From sequence record OR776998: a stretch of 64,000 bases of DNA; one strand, written 5' to 3'. Position numbers and translations under genes: made by a program. Under the pieces are notes generated by a model. It made no database searches. It saw only the letters and a program-made list of their open reading frames with translations, and was not told where the DNA came from. Positions 36,601 to 45,891 of this stretch are shown piece after piece; position 1 is the first letter of the stretch; every line of letters starts with the position of its first letter. The stretch comes from Escherichia phage YX22.

Positions 36601-36703
36601 AATAAACGACTTCGTCTTCTTTGACACCGAAATTTCGAGCGATAGATTGTTTGTTAACTTCTATGGAAGTGGAGCCGCGTGGTTGATTGAATTGAGAAAT
36701 CAT
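33677..36703 (-). CDS. tailspike 3 (1008 aa)
   Basis: Shares the ~150-aa N-terminal module with tailspike 1 at near identity; own late motif. Confidence 0.8.
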   Translation of the reverse strand: MISQFNQPRGSTSIEVNKQSIARNFGVKEDEVVYFTAGIDLSGFKVIYDESTQRAYSLPSGIVSGTTAVSLNEQAILAHSAGSVDLGELAVSREEYVTLPGSFDTGATLNVKNELLTHVAGKYRWEGEFPKTVPAGSTPGSTGGTGTGAWVSVGDASLRSQLSDPDGATKYPDLQIARWRDTFDPRGWNAKGDGVTDDTSALNGVLNAAPVGQKINGNGKTYKVTSLPDISRFVNTRFVYERIPGQPLYYASEEFVQGELFKITDTPYYNAWPQDKAFVYDDVIYCPFMASDRHGVSRLHVSWVRSGDDGQTWTTPEWLTDLHPDYPTVNYHCMSMGVMRNRLFAMIETRTLASNALVTCELWDRPMSRNYHPTGGITKAANQPVAVITIPEHGLFAGDFVNFSNSGVTGVSGNMTVTSVIDRNTFTVTTPNQQAFDQNNSTSRWHMGTSFHESPWRKTSLGLIPMVTEVHSFTAINNDSFMMGYHQGDVAPREVGMLYFPDAFNNPGLYQKRRIPADYEPDAAEPCVKYFDGVLYVLTRGTRSDRLGSSLHRSHDLGMTWESLRFPNNVHHSTLPFAKVGNELIIFATERADNEWEANVPDQRYFTSYPRTFYTRVNLDTWNLDNTQWVNITDQIYQGGIVNSGVGVGSVVVKDSYIYYMFGGEDHLNPWTYGDNSAKDPFKSDGHPSDLYCYKMKIGPDNRVSRDFRYGAVPDRAVPVFFDTNGVRTVPAPMEFTGDLGLGHVTLRASTSNNIRSEMLLEGEYGFIGKSVPTNNPAGQRTIFCGGEGTSSSTGAQITLYGANNTASRRIVYNGAEHLFQTADVKPYNDNAIALGGPSNRFTTAYLGSNPIVTSNGEKKTEPVVFDDAFLDAWGDVHYIMYQWLDAVQLKGNEARIHFGVIAQQIRDVFIAHGLMDENSTDCRYAVLCYDKYPRMTDMVFSHNEIVEHTDEEGNVTTTEEPVFTEVVIHEEGEEWGVRPDGIFFAEAAYQRRKLERIEARLSALEQK

Positions 36704-36709
36704 GATAAT

Positions 36710-36780
36710 ACCCCATAAAGGATGACCAATATGGGGTATTTAGGCTGAACTAATAAATTTATGAACAAAGGTATAACAAG
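36710..36780. repeat. conserved tailspike promoter/leader cassette, copy 2
   Basis: See copy 1. Confidence 0.6.
36734..36748 (-). promoter_or_regulatory. late-promoter-like motif upstream of tailspike 3
   Basis: Minus strand AGCCTAAATACCCCATATTGG..TATGGGGTATTATC ATG. Confidence 0.5.
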
Positions 36781-36805
36781 AACCCTGCCGAAGAGGGGGT
36801 TAGTT

Positions 36806-39787
36806 TTACGGGTAAGCACTCTCGAACTTACAGAACCAAGTCGTTCCTCCATCAGTTGTTGACAACCTAAAAACTTGTGTTCCAGCTGCTGTCAAAGATG
36901 GGGTACTACTTGCTAATATAACATTTGCACCAAATGTTATTGTTTTAGATGTTGTTGAATAGACAGCCAAAAGAACCTCAACATAACCAATTAGTGTATT
37001 TGTTAATACTGCTGGAGTTATTGTTACATCTCCTGTAACTGTAGCTGCGATGTAAGATGCGTCTGAAAAGTCAGGCGCATAACTTGCTGTTGGCGTCTCG
37101 AACTTTGGATTTCTTACCAATACAGGAACTCCAACATTTTTCCTGAAAATTGTACTATTGCAAACCATATCATACTCTATACCAACAAAATTCTTAGCTG
37201 CGAGTATGTTAGTAAATGTCTGGTCCGCAGAGTAAATATGAGTTATCAGCCTTGCCACCCATGCTGGTGAGTTTGAGTTTTCACACTCAATGAATGAGCA
37301 GTTGGTACTACCAACAGCGAATGGCATTAATGATGCCGTATATGAAGATAGCCCTGCGTCATTGAATGCATTCATATTCACAAAAGTCTGGCATTGAGAG
37401 AACGTATTACCGGTGGCTCCACCATCAATAAAAAAGCCAATCCCGCCGTTAATATAACCATCTACAGGATCTAAATTAGCTTTCGTGTAGTCCCATTTTG
37501 ATGGAGAATCTGCAAAACATTGATTGAAGGAATTGTTTATTGAGTTCTGTACAACAAAGCAGCATTTCATCCTTGAGTTCTGGTCAGTGACTGTATCGTC
37601 ATACATGCCCCAGTTGTGCACCTTACCAATTCTGTTATTACCACCACCACGAACCCAGGTACCAAATCGGAAATAACGACCTTCACCCATGCTAACCTGA
37701 TGATCGCTACCTTCAACAATGTGGGCTGTGCTGAGCGGATTAGTTGGTTTTAATACACCAACAGCATAAAACTTCAATAGGTGCACACCCATACCGCCAG
37801 CAATATGGATGCCATGACCATCAACGTTGGCTACGTAAATGCCTTCTAACTTGTTAGCATAGCCATCGGATATCTTAAACCCATTAACAGTTTTTGCACG
37901 GGCATCAATTAATAAGTTGCTGATATGCCCAGCGTATTGATTACCCGTCCCTTTATCGCATTTAACAGCATAGCCAGAGGAGTCTGCAACGAAGTCATCG
38001 GTGAGGTACACCCCACCGAAACCAGCATCAATGCTAACATCTCCGTGAATGTGTAGTGTCGTACTGATAGGATATTTCTTCCCATTCAGCCTGATAACTT
38101 TGCTTACAGTGTTAGGTTGTAGCCAGTCAGGATGGTTAGCAGCACTACTTGGTGCATGTTCTAAACCTGTTAAAGCTGCCGCAGCATCAATCGCATCCTG
38201 TAATGATGGATACATATCCGGGTTGACATTTATAATTTTCTTAAGCGCATTGCCAACAGTACCAGTTTCGTAATCAATTGACTTATCAAAACCTGAAAAA
38301 CCTGCTCCTGTAGGTTTAGCCAATTCTGACTTCAATGAAGCATCACCAACACTAATCCATGCGCCAACACCAACGCCGCCTGTTGTCATAAGAGTTGAGC
38401 CAGGAGCAACGGTTTTAGGAAGTGTACCATCCCAACGATACTTTCCATCAGTATGGGTGAGTAATTCATTTTTAACATTGATGACAGCACCAGAATCAAA
38501 TGTCCCAGACAATGTAACATATTCTTCACGAGATACAGCCAATTCCCCGAGATCTACAGAACCCGCTGAATGCACAAGTACAGCGGAAGAACTAAGACTG
38601 ACAGCAGTAGTACCAGGGACAATATCAGCAGGCAAGGGATAAGCCCTTTGCGTCTCCTTGTCATAAATAACTTTATACCCACTTAACGCAGCACCAACAC
38701 TAAAATAAACGACCTCTGTATCTTTAACATTGGTTACACGAGCAACTTCCCGCAAAGTATAATCAATTTGATTATAGATGTTTGGTGTTCCATTGATAAT
38801 TACAACAACTTCATCCTCTGGTTCCAGTTCTTGCGCAAGAGTGATTTTACTGGTTAATGGATCGAATGTGAATCCCAGATTTTTATACTGGCGACTTCCG
38901 TTTATATCAATGGCCGGAACATCATCAACAACGACGTCCAACGTGATTTCGGTTTCACCGCCAATCGCTGAACCCCCATTATAGACCCAGGTAATCGTAG
39001 AAGAACTAGAACCACCGCCATTACCCAATTGAATAGGAGTATATTCAATCACCTGAAGTTCTGTGTTGGCTGGCAAAGAAGGGCTGAAAGTGATTACATT
39101 CCCATCTAGTGAATATTTGGATTCCGCAAGACGTTTTCCGTCAGCATACACGTCCACGATTGTTGGTGGGGTATTGAGAGCGACAGTACTTGTTTCAGAC
39201 GCCAAAATTTTTGTAAAGATTTCACGACTGTAGACGCGACCTTGGCCAAGACCGACGCCGGATGTAATAATCCAACCTTGTTCAGGTCCAGACCAAGTGA
39301 ACGTTGCTGATACGTTATCAGTTGTTATAGCCATGTCTTCAGTGGAGCCATACAAATTATTTCCAGAAGGAGACACAGTCAATGGGTAAGTGGCAAATTT
39401 CCCATAAGCATCACAAATAGTAACGGAATCCCCAATACGCGTAGGGGAAGGGAGAACCACTGTAGATGCCCCTGTGGTATTATTAATGAGATAGCCTCGC
39501 CCTTCAGTGAGCGTTGCCGTAGAGGCATGCGGAAGGACTTCCCAGCGGATACCACCGCCACCCAGCGGCAACCATCCACCATTTTCATAGAAGCCCTCAA
39601 ATTCGTCGGAGTCGGCATTGTAGCGAACGGAAGACGGGAGTCCTGCGCTGGCATTACCCTCGGGTAAAGTCAGGACAGCATCTGGTCCATGCTCAATCGT
39701 ACCCGTGTTGAGGAGACCAGCCAAAGTAGACTGCTCTTCAGCCGCCAGACCGAGAGGGAAAACAGGCTGTGTTGGTTTATTAGCCAT
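36806..39787 (-). CDS. tailspike 4 (993 aa) with ~340-aa N-terminal extension
   Basis: Conserved module is internal (after residue ~350); start at ATG 39787; own late motif. Confidence 0.8.
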   Translation of the reverse strand: MANKPTQPVFPLGLAAEEQSTLAGLLNTGTIEHGPDAVLTLPEGNASAGLPSSVRYNADSDEFEGFYENGGWLPLGGGGIRWEVLPHASTATLTEGRGYLINNTTGASTVVLPSPTRIGDSVTICDAYGKFATYPLTVSPSGNNLYGSTEDMAITTDNVSATFTWSGPEQGWIITSGVGLGQGRVYSREIFTKILASETSTVALNTPPTIVDVYADGKRLAESKYSLDGNVITFSPSLPANTELQVIEYTPIQLGNGGGSSSSTITWVYNGGSAIGGETEITLDVVVDDVPAIDINGSRQYKNLGFTFDPLTSKITLAQELEPEDEVVVIINGTPNIYNQIDYTLREVARVTNVKDTEVVYFSVGAALSGYKVIYDKETQRAYPLPADIVPGTTAVSLSSSAVLVHSAGSVDLGELAVSREEYVTLSGTFDSGAVINVKNELLTHTDGKYRWDGTLPKTVAPGSTLMTTGGVGVGAWISVGDASLKSELAKPTGAGFSGFDKSIDYETGTVGNALKKIINVNPDMYPSLQDAIDAAAALTGLEHAPSSAANHPDWLQPNTVSKVIRLNGKKYPISTTLHIHGDVSIDAGFGGVYLTDDFVADSSGYAVKCDKGTGNQYAGHISNLLIDARAKTVNGFKISDGYANKLEGIYVANVDGHGIHIAGGMGVHLLKFYAVGVLKPTNPLSTAHIVEGSDHQVSMGEGRYFRFGTWVRGGGNNRIGKVHNWGMYDDTVTDQNSRMKCCFVVQNSINNSFNQCFADSPSKWDYTKANLDPVDGYINGGIGFFIDGGATGNTFSQCQTFVNMNAFNDAGLSSYTASLMPFAVGSTNCSFIECENSNSPAWVARLITHIYSADQTFTNILAAKNFVGIEYDMVCNSTIFRKNVGVPVLVRNPKFETPTASYAPDFSDASYIAATVTGDVTITPAVLTNTLIGYVEVLLAVYSTTSKTITFGANVILASSTPSLTAAGTQVFRLSTTDGGTTWFCKFESAYP

Positions 39788-39820
39788 TTCAAATACCCCT
39801 AAATGTGTTCGTTTCATCTA

Positions 39821-39835
39821 GGGGTATTTAGTTTT
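39821..39835 (-). promoter_or_regulatory. late-promoter-like motif upstream of tailspike 4
   Basis: Minus strand AACTAAATACCCCTAGATG..TAGGGGTATTTGAA ATG. Confidence 0.5.
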
Positions 39836-39839
39836 CACT

Positions 39840-41030
39840 TTAGAAAGAAGCTACAATAGAATAATCGACCGAACAAGCAGTTGTTGTATTCGCATTAACA
39901 ACGGAAATTCTCAATTTACCGCCCACCACAGCCCCTGTGAACGTCACTGTACCGCTCGTACTTTTCTGAACCAACAACTCCGATTTGATCGTTCCGTCGC
40001 GAGTTATAGTTACTCGATATGTATCAACAACGTCACCTGTTCCCCATTGCGCGGTCACCAGTATTTGACAAAGGTTCACCAAATCAAAATCTGGAAGAGC
40101 CGTCGTCCCAGAAGCCGAAACCGTGTAAGAAGACAAATTCGTTTTGGTACGATAAACGGCGTTCCCTAAACTATTGTCGACAGAGGTCATCTTGGCATTA
40201 TACGTTGATACATTAACTTTATCACTGGAAAGAGAACTGATGCTGTTATCCAGAGATGTCATCTTCGTGTTGTACGTGCTGACCTCGACTTTATTACCCA
40301 GAGACGTATTGATATTGGAGATACTCAAATCCAACGATGCCATCTTAGTGTTGTAAGTCGATGTGTTGACTTTCCCGTTCAACGACGTGTTGATGCCATT
40401 AATCTGGGACTCTAGACTCAGCATATCTGCGTCATACGCTGTCGTTGTCACATATCCACCAAATCGGTTATCTGCAAACAACGCATCAAAAAATGCAGTC
40501 ATTGTCCAATAACGCGCTCCAGAATCTGTTTGTACTGGAATTGAAGTCGGCAGTGTTGATCCGGTATACGCAGACAATCTGGTGAAGTCCAAATTGAATT
40601 TGTAATATCCGGATGCCAACAACTCCCCAGCCAAACCAGAACCAGGTGGGGTAGTGTCTTCACTGACACCATGCTTTCTCAGCATGCTCAGGTTAACACC
40701 ATCTGTCGCTACCACAGGCTCATCCACGATAGACAGTTTCTTTCCAGCCGGAACAGTCAGGCCGCCGTTGGCTGTCAACAACGCAGCAAAAGTCTTGTTC
40801 CCGTTGATCGTTTGTTCACCACCGTCGGTGCGGATCACTTTGTTTTCCAGTGTGTCGTAGATATTATCCACAGAACGCTTCAGCTCGTATGTCAAATGAG
40901 CTGAAGGAGGGAACAACGGATCATCAACAGCGAAATCGTTGACAACATCAGTCTTGCTTATTTTATCGTCAACAGAAGAAAGGATTGCATCAATCTGCTG
41001 ACCTGTGTATCGACTCAGAAAATCGGCCAT
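39840..41030 (-). CDS. tail fibre protein with tandem peptide repeats
   Basis: 396 aa; repeats of about 25 aa (SLDxSISNINTSLGNKVxVSTYNTKMT); AAGGAG SD. Confidence 0.65.
   Translation of the reverse strand: MADFLSRYTGQQIDAILSSVDDKISKTDVVNDFAVDDPLFPPSAHLTYELKRSVDNIYDTLENKVIRTDGGEQTINGNKTFAALLTANGGLTVPAGKKLSIVDEPVVATDGVNLSMLRKHGVSEDTTPPGSGLAGELLASGYYKFNLDFTRLSAYTGSTLPTSIPVQTDSGARYWTMTAFFDALFADNRFGGYVTTTAYDADMLSLESQINGINTSLNGKVNTSTYNTKMASLDLSISNINTSLGNKVEVSTYNTKMTSLDNSISSLSSDKVNVSTYNAKMTSVDNSLGNAVYRTKTNLSSYTVSASGTTALPDFDLVNLCQILVTAQWGTGDVVDTYRVTITRDGTIKSELLVQKSTSGTVTFTGAVVGGKLRISVVNANTTTACSVDYSIVASF
40170..40440. repeat. in-frame tandem repeats (about 75 nt unit, 3-4 copies) inside tail fibre gene
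   Basis: catcttNgtgttgta(a/c)gt..gacNt.. units giving repeated STYNTKMTSLDNSIS peptide. Confidence 0.5.
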
Positions 41031-41032
41031 TT

Positions 41033-41887
41033 TTAACTCCTTGAACTTTCTAGGAATACAGTAAACCCAGCAGGATGGAAATGCTGACGGAAGACGCGGT
41101 CAAACACACCTTCAAAATCAGATACGTTGCCAGGAACTCTTATCACATACGTGAATTCATCATAGTAGTAATCGTCACGCATTCCTGTCGCGCCGTCACA
41201 TTCAAAGTTGTCATCCAGGCCACCAATTGCTTCCTTGGGATAATACACACTCACTGGGCAACCAAAGTAAATCCAGAAGAACAATTCAATCGCTTTCTTC
41301 GTCCCGCGAATGCGATAAATGTGTTTAAGTAACTTCAACCAGCGTACATGGTCCAGTGTCCGGCGTTCAGTTCCCTCGACATACACAGAGAGTGTGTCTC
41401 CGTCTGAAGTCACCAAACTGTCCGAACCAACTGGCACAAACTTCCCGAACTCCAGGAAGGACTTATCAACCGTTCTCTGGAATCCAAAATCAGCATACCA
41501 ATCGTCGATGCGTTCGTTCTTGTCTTCCATTGAGATTAATGGTCGACCGTCCACGTCCAGCAAATCTTCGAAGTCTAGCGCCATCATGTTCTCAAACGTG
41601 CGCGTCAGGAACTTGTCTTCCAAGAAGTCTTTGGCCTCAGTACCTGGCGTCTTGCGCTTCTTGATGTCAATCAACTGCTCAATAGGAGACTGATCCGTAT
41701 TTGGGTTCACCCAACCACCAGTGTCTGCCAGATACGCCAAGATCTCCTCTTCGGTGAATCCCTGCTGGCGATACAACCAGTTGAAGAACGTATCCATAAA
41801 CTCGATGAATACTGGGAATTCATTCTGGTAAAACAATGGGGTTTCATATTTCACCCCATTGTGTCCGTTATTAAGATCTTTGGACAT
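41033..41887 (-). CDS. baseplate-associated protein (by position)
   Basis: 284 aa between gp6 homologue and tail fibre; GGAGGTG SD. Confidence 0.45.
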   Translation of the reverse strand: MSKDLNNGHNGVKYETPLFYQNEFPVFIEFMDTFFNWLYRQQGFTEEEILAYLADTGGWVNPNTDQSPIEQLIDIKKRKTPGTEAKDFLEDKFLTRTFENMMALDFEDLLDVDGRPLISMEDKNERIDDWYADFGFQRTVDKSFLEFGKFVPVGSDSLVTSDGDTLSVYVEGTERRTLDHVRWLKLLKHIYRIRGTKKAIELFFWIYFGCPVSVYYPKEAIGGLDDNFECDGATGMRDDYYYDEFTYVIRVPGNVSDFEGVFDRVFRQHFHPAGFTVFLESSRS

Positions 41888-43649
41888 AACGCACCTCCGG
41901 CTCCACAGTTACAGCACCGATGCGGAGCACCTGATTCTGTGTGGCCTGAATGTTCTGGTCAAGACCGTCTGGAGACACAATTATTGTCACACCCTCAGTG
42001 TTGTAGTTGGATACTATGATACGCTGGAGTTCAACAACGCCAGTCGCATAATCAACCTTTCCAACAGCTTGTACCAGATATTCCTTGGTCGTGTCTGTTG
42101 TACTCACCTTGTACATATTCAGGACACCACTGACGTCGCGTATGTAGTAAGTGAATTCGACCTCGGCCGGAAGCGGCTTAAACCCACTGATACGCACAGA
42201 ACCAGACGCAATCGAGCGCCCATAATCGAACGTGAAGCTGTCCAGTACCCCATAGTCTGGCTTGAAATGGCGCTTATACTTCACAGAAGTGATGTTTGAC
42301 ACTATCGATCTGTCCATGTCGGTGATTGCCGACTGTAACTGCTCTTTATCGAACAGTTCGTCGAATCCTTCTAGATTCCCCAAGCCCCAGTTGACAACAC
42401 CGTTCTTCACGACTGTCTTCAACTGCTCTTCGGTATAGGACGTGGAAGTCGGATCCCAGAACACGCGGGTGATGACATCAACATAAGTCAGTTCAGCGTC
42501 GACAATCTTGGGTGTGATCGTGCCCACATTGTACTTGTCTAACGTCGCCACGATATCTGCCTTCTCAGCGTCCGAGAGCGCCTCACCAACAGAAGGTATC
42601 ACAGCAATGTAAACGTATCCGGAGTCGGGCGGAGAGAGCGTGTCGCCGCCATATGCTTTGGCGCGGGAGACGTTAGAGAACAGACGCTCGGTCAACACAG
42701 CATAATCGACTTCGGCCACTGCCGCACCCTCAGCCTGATAAGCCAGCGGAGCAAGACGCTTGATGTCCTCAATGCTCTCTGGGTCCTTACCACCGGAAGA
42801 ACGTTCTGACACCAGCTCAACATCTACAAGGTTGAATCCCCCGATGGAAGACGCGGAGGACAAGGCAGTGATGTCATTGCCGTCTGCACCAGCTGTCTCC
42901 AGATACTGGAGGTACACGATGTTCCCGTCTTCTACTCGCTTACAGATATACCCATCACCGAATTCGAACGTGTACATCCCGTCCAACCCCAGCTCAACGA
43001 AGTAGAGTTGCGCATACTGGCTCAAATCGAACGGGCTGACATATCGTGAGAAGGTAGACCGCACGTCAGATGTCTCAGATTCCTGCACCTGCACCACCAT
43101 ATGGTCGATGTCCACGGAAGAAGATGGGATCACATAGGTAGAGATCGCGCTGCCTTCCACATCATAGGACTTGTACAGCCAGTTACCCTGTATGAGTTTG
43201 ATGTTCTCGAACTTGTAAGAGCCGTCTACAAGAGAGGCACTCACAGGTTGGTCAACCGTGAAGTTATAGGATTTTCCATCCTTCACCCCAATGAACATCG
43301 CGCGGCGATCCATCACAATCGTGTCTGGAGCCGTGCTGGCGTCATATGGAGTGACTGTGACGTTTGCGTACAGGTACGCTGCCTGGTAGTTGTGAGGGGT
43401 GTAAGATAAGAACCCCGCCGCCAGACCGACATTAGAACGCTGTTGAGCAGAGTGAAGATGGCTTTCGCCATTCAACATGTTCTGCATGAACCCGATAGAG
43501 TTGGCATCCGAGGCCAAGATACGCACGATTGCACTGAGACCAGAACCTTCAAAGTCATAATCCTTGAAAGTTGGATCAGCTTTCATGCGCTTCTTGATAA
43601 GATACTCGAAAGCCCTGACATCGAGTGAAGGGACTGTTTGCGTGGCCAT
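41871..43649 (-). CDS. gp6: baseplate wedge protein, gp6-like
   Basis: FKDYDFEGSGLSAIVRILA and GGKDPESIEDIKRLAP match T4 gp6 FLDYDFEGSRLNVLCDLLA and GGGDPEDIERIRELG; start at ATG 43649. Confidence 0.75.
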   Translation of the reverse strand: MATQTVPSLDVRAFEYLIKKRMKADPTFKDYDFEGSGLSAIVRILASDANSIGFMQNMLNGESHLHSAQQRSNVGLAAGFLSYTPHNYQAAYLYANVTVTPYDASTAPDTIVMDRRAMFIGVKDGKSYNFTVDQPVSASLVDGSYKFENIKLIQGNWLYKSYDVEGSAISTYVIPSSSVDIDHMVVQVQESETSDVRSTFSRYVSPFDLSQYAQLYFVELGLDGMYTFEFGDGYICKRVEDGNIVYLQYLETAGADGNDITALSSASSIGGFNLVDVELVSERSSGGKDPESIEDIKRLAPLAYQAEGAAVAEVDYAVLTERLFSNVSRAKAYGGDTLSPPDSGYVYIAVIPSVGEALSDAEKADIVATLDKYNVGTITPKIVDAELTYVDVITRVFWDPTSTSYTEEQLKTVVKNGVVNWGLGNLEGFDELFDKEQLQSAITDMDRSIVSNITSVKYKRHFKPDYGVLDSFTFDYGRSIASGSVRISGFKPLPAEVEFTYYIRDVSGVLNMYKVSTTDTTKEYLVQAVGKVDYATGVVELQRIIVSNYNTEGVTIIVSPDGLDQNIQATQNQVLRIGAVTVEPEVRYVQRS

Positions 43650-43686
43650 GATAATCTCCATCACCTGAGTTTGAATATGGTGTTGA

Positions 43687-43698
43687 AGATATTTAGCC
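43687..43698 (-). promoter_or_regulatory. late-promoter-like motif upstream of gp6
   Basis: Minus strand TGGCTAAATATC about 40 nt before ATG 43649. Confidence 0.4.
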
Positions 43699-43952
43699 AA
43701 CGGGAATCAAAACGCTCGCGCGCGTTTAATTTATTCGAATATAACTCGCAAGGGGGCTGACGCCCTCGCTCGTAACACCGCCCTATGCGGGCAGCACCAT
43801 TCCACAGCCATGGAGGCTGCTTCTCGTTGTTCGTTAACACTCACAACTCGAAGGGCACTGCGTTAGGATACAGTTTCTTGATGTTGTAGAAAAGTAGTTT
43901 TTGCCTATTAATAATCACTGTCATTGTTTTATTGGCCATTCCTGTGTTTATA

Positions 43953-43978
43953 TTCAATAAACATACTCCCAATATAAT
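43953..43978 (+). promoter_or_regulatory. box-type promoter P1: TTCAATAA-N12-TATAAT
   Basis: Box about 43953-43960, TATAAT about 43973-43978, upstream of gene 44015. Confidence 0.45.
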
Positions 43979-44014
43979 AACGGAGACATTTAATCAATCC
44001 AGTGAGGCTCCGGA

Positions 44015-44584
44015 ATGCACATTAACACAGCAATCATGAAACACATTATTCCTTTGTTAGCAAAATACGAAGGGGAACGCGCCACGAAAATCCCTTTTGG
44101 AACAATCACCGATGAAGTGAAACGCCTGACAGGTAAAAGTATCAATTTCCGTCGCGTTATTGAATCTGCGTTAGAGTTGGCCCGTTCTGATTTACGAAAT
44201 CCAACATTTTCATTTAATATTGACATAACTTCTTCACTTCGACAAGAAATGGAAGAATCATCACAAGCGCGGCGCAATCGTTTCCGTCATTTATATGTTC
44301 GTAACGAATTCTCTGAAGGTCGTGTTGGTATGAAACTGGAGTCTATTCGTTCTGACATTTGCTTCACTGTCAACTATGTTTTAGAGCCAGAAAGCGGGCG
44401 CATTTATTTTGGTGCGATTATCGGTTTCTATGGGAACTCTATTAATGGTTGGGCAGAACGTGTTGGATTAAAAGAAACCCAGAACACTCATTCCACACCT
44501 TCTACCCATTATATGACGCATGAAGCTGCTGGCGAATATGTTTACCTTCTGCGTCGTATTGTGAAGTTAGAAGTGTTAAAATAA
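44015..44584 (+). CDS. hypothetical protein, first gene of plus-strand block
   Basis: 189 aa, GAGG SD, box-type promoter P1 upstream. Confidence 0.55.
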   Translation: MHINTAIMKHIIPLLAKYEGERATKIPFGTITDEVKRLTGKSINFRRVIESALELARSDLRNPTFSFNIDITSSLRQEMEESSQARRNRFRHLYVRNEFSEGRVGMKLESIRSDICFTVNYVLEPESGRIYFGAIIGFYGNSINGWAERVGLKETQNTHSTPSTHYMTHEAAGEYVYLLRRIVKLEVLK

Positions 44585-44641
44585 CGCTTTATTCAATAAA
44601 GAATTGCAGTAAAGTTAGTTGCATGGAAGGGAGGGAACACT

Positions 44642-44788
44642 ATGTTTTACATGATGTTACTCCTCATCCTCCTGATCGGGATTACCTTTACTCTCCTGGG
44701 TCTACCCGATCAGTCTGGTAAACAGACGCCCACTTCGGCGCATCCGGTTTTGAGTGAAGGTTCGTCCGCACTGCTGTGGGCAGTGTAG
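44642..44788 (+). CDS. small hydrophobic peptide (48 aa), absent from ORF track
   Basis: Strong SD GGAAGGGAGGG 7 nt before ATG; MFYMMLLLILLIGITFTLLGL helix. Confidence 0.4.
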   Translation: MFYMMLLLILLIGITFTLLGLPDQSGKQTPTSAHPVLSEGSSALLWAV

Positions 44789-45765
44789 CTCAAAGAGGAG
44801 AGGATTTTTCAAATTAGCTGGGCTGTAGTAAAGTATTAAACACGAGGCGAATAGCGCGGTGGTAGTAGGGCTGGAACCCGAAACCAGGAAAGCCCAGTCT
44901 CAGGGCACCGTGACGAATAGAGGCGTAATATCAACCTCGCTGGTGTCGGTGGACGCACTGACCGTCGGAGAACGAAACCCCCTGTTGTAGCGTGATTAGC
45001 TCAGATGCTTGAGAGCGCCCCGTTGGCGAGTCGACACCAACATATAGGGGAGGACGGATCTGCCAGGTTCCATCACGCCGACAACATTATGAGTCTTCGT
45101 AGAGGGTTCATAATGTTGCGTCAAAGGGCAACACAGGCTCCTGTTGGTAGAATTAACTTGATTCATAGTTCCTGCTGATCTTCCCGGATTCGAAGGAGCA
45201 CCAACAGGCGAGGCCGGATGCGTAAGTTCCGGCAAAACGATGGTGGCACCCTCGCCAACAAAATAAAAGGTTTTATCAATAACGGGTTACAAAGTATAGT
45301 TAACCCACTGAACGGCAAGCTGTTTGAGTCCTGGTCACTCATAGCGTTGTGAACTAAGACAGGTACGTTTAGGACTCAAACAGGTTTTCGTTGTGCGTGA
45401 CTTTGCGGGTTTTTAGAAACTGACCAAGCAAATAAATGCTAATGATTCCGAAGTTCTGATGGCGGCGTAATAGCCTATAAGTCAGCGGGGTATTCCAGTT
45501 CCCTGTAACAGAATCTGGCGCATCGCGGCCCTGAGATGTGATTAATAAGTCAGGGCATACAATGACAATTCATTCACATGATAACTTGTCAGCAATCTGT
45601 GAAATTGTTTGTAGGCATACGAACAAGAGGTAATTCGAGGGAGAATCGGCTCCTACCGTGTAACAGACCAAGTGACGTACCACTAAACCGTCCCGGGCGG
45701 TCGAAATGTGGGGAGATGAGAGTGGTCCCCTGAAGTTATCAGTTGAATGAATTGTTAAATAAAAT

Positions 45766-45891
45766 GCCGTTACATCTGACTGTCCAAAGGGGATAATCTC
45801 CTGAGTAAGCAGAGGTGGGTTGCCTAAGTCAGATGGGATGTAAGGTCAACGCTGGCCGAACATTTGGGTTCGACTCCCTAAAACGGCACCA
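45766..45891 (+). ncRNA. tRNA-like small RNA candidate (T-arm, 3' acceptor strand and encoded CCA, about 125 nt)
   Basis: TTGGG-TTCGACT-CCCTA T-arm followed by AAACGGC-A-CCA; 5' partner GCCGTTA about 120 nt upstream; internal 9-bp stem CATCTGACT/AGTCAGATG; too long for a canonical tRNA. Confidence 0.25.
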
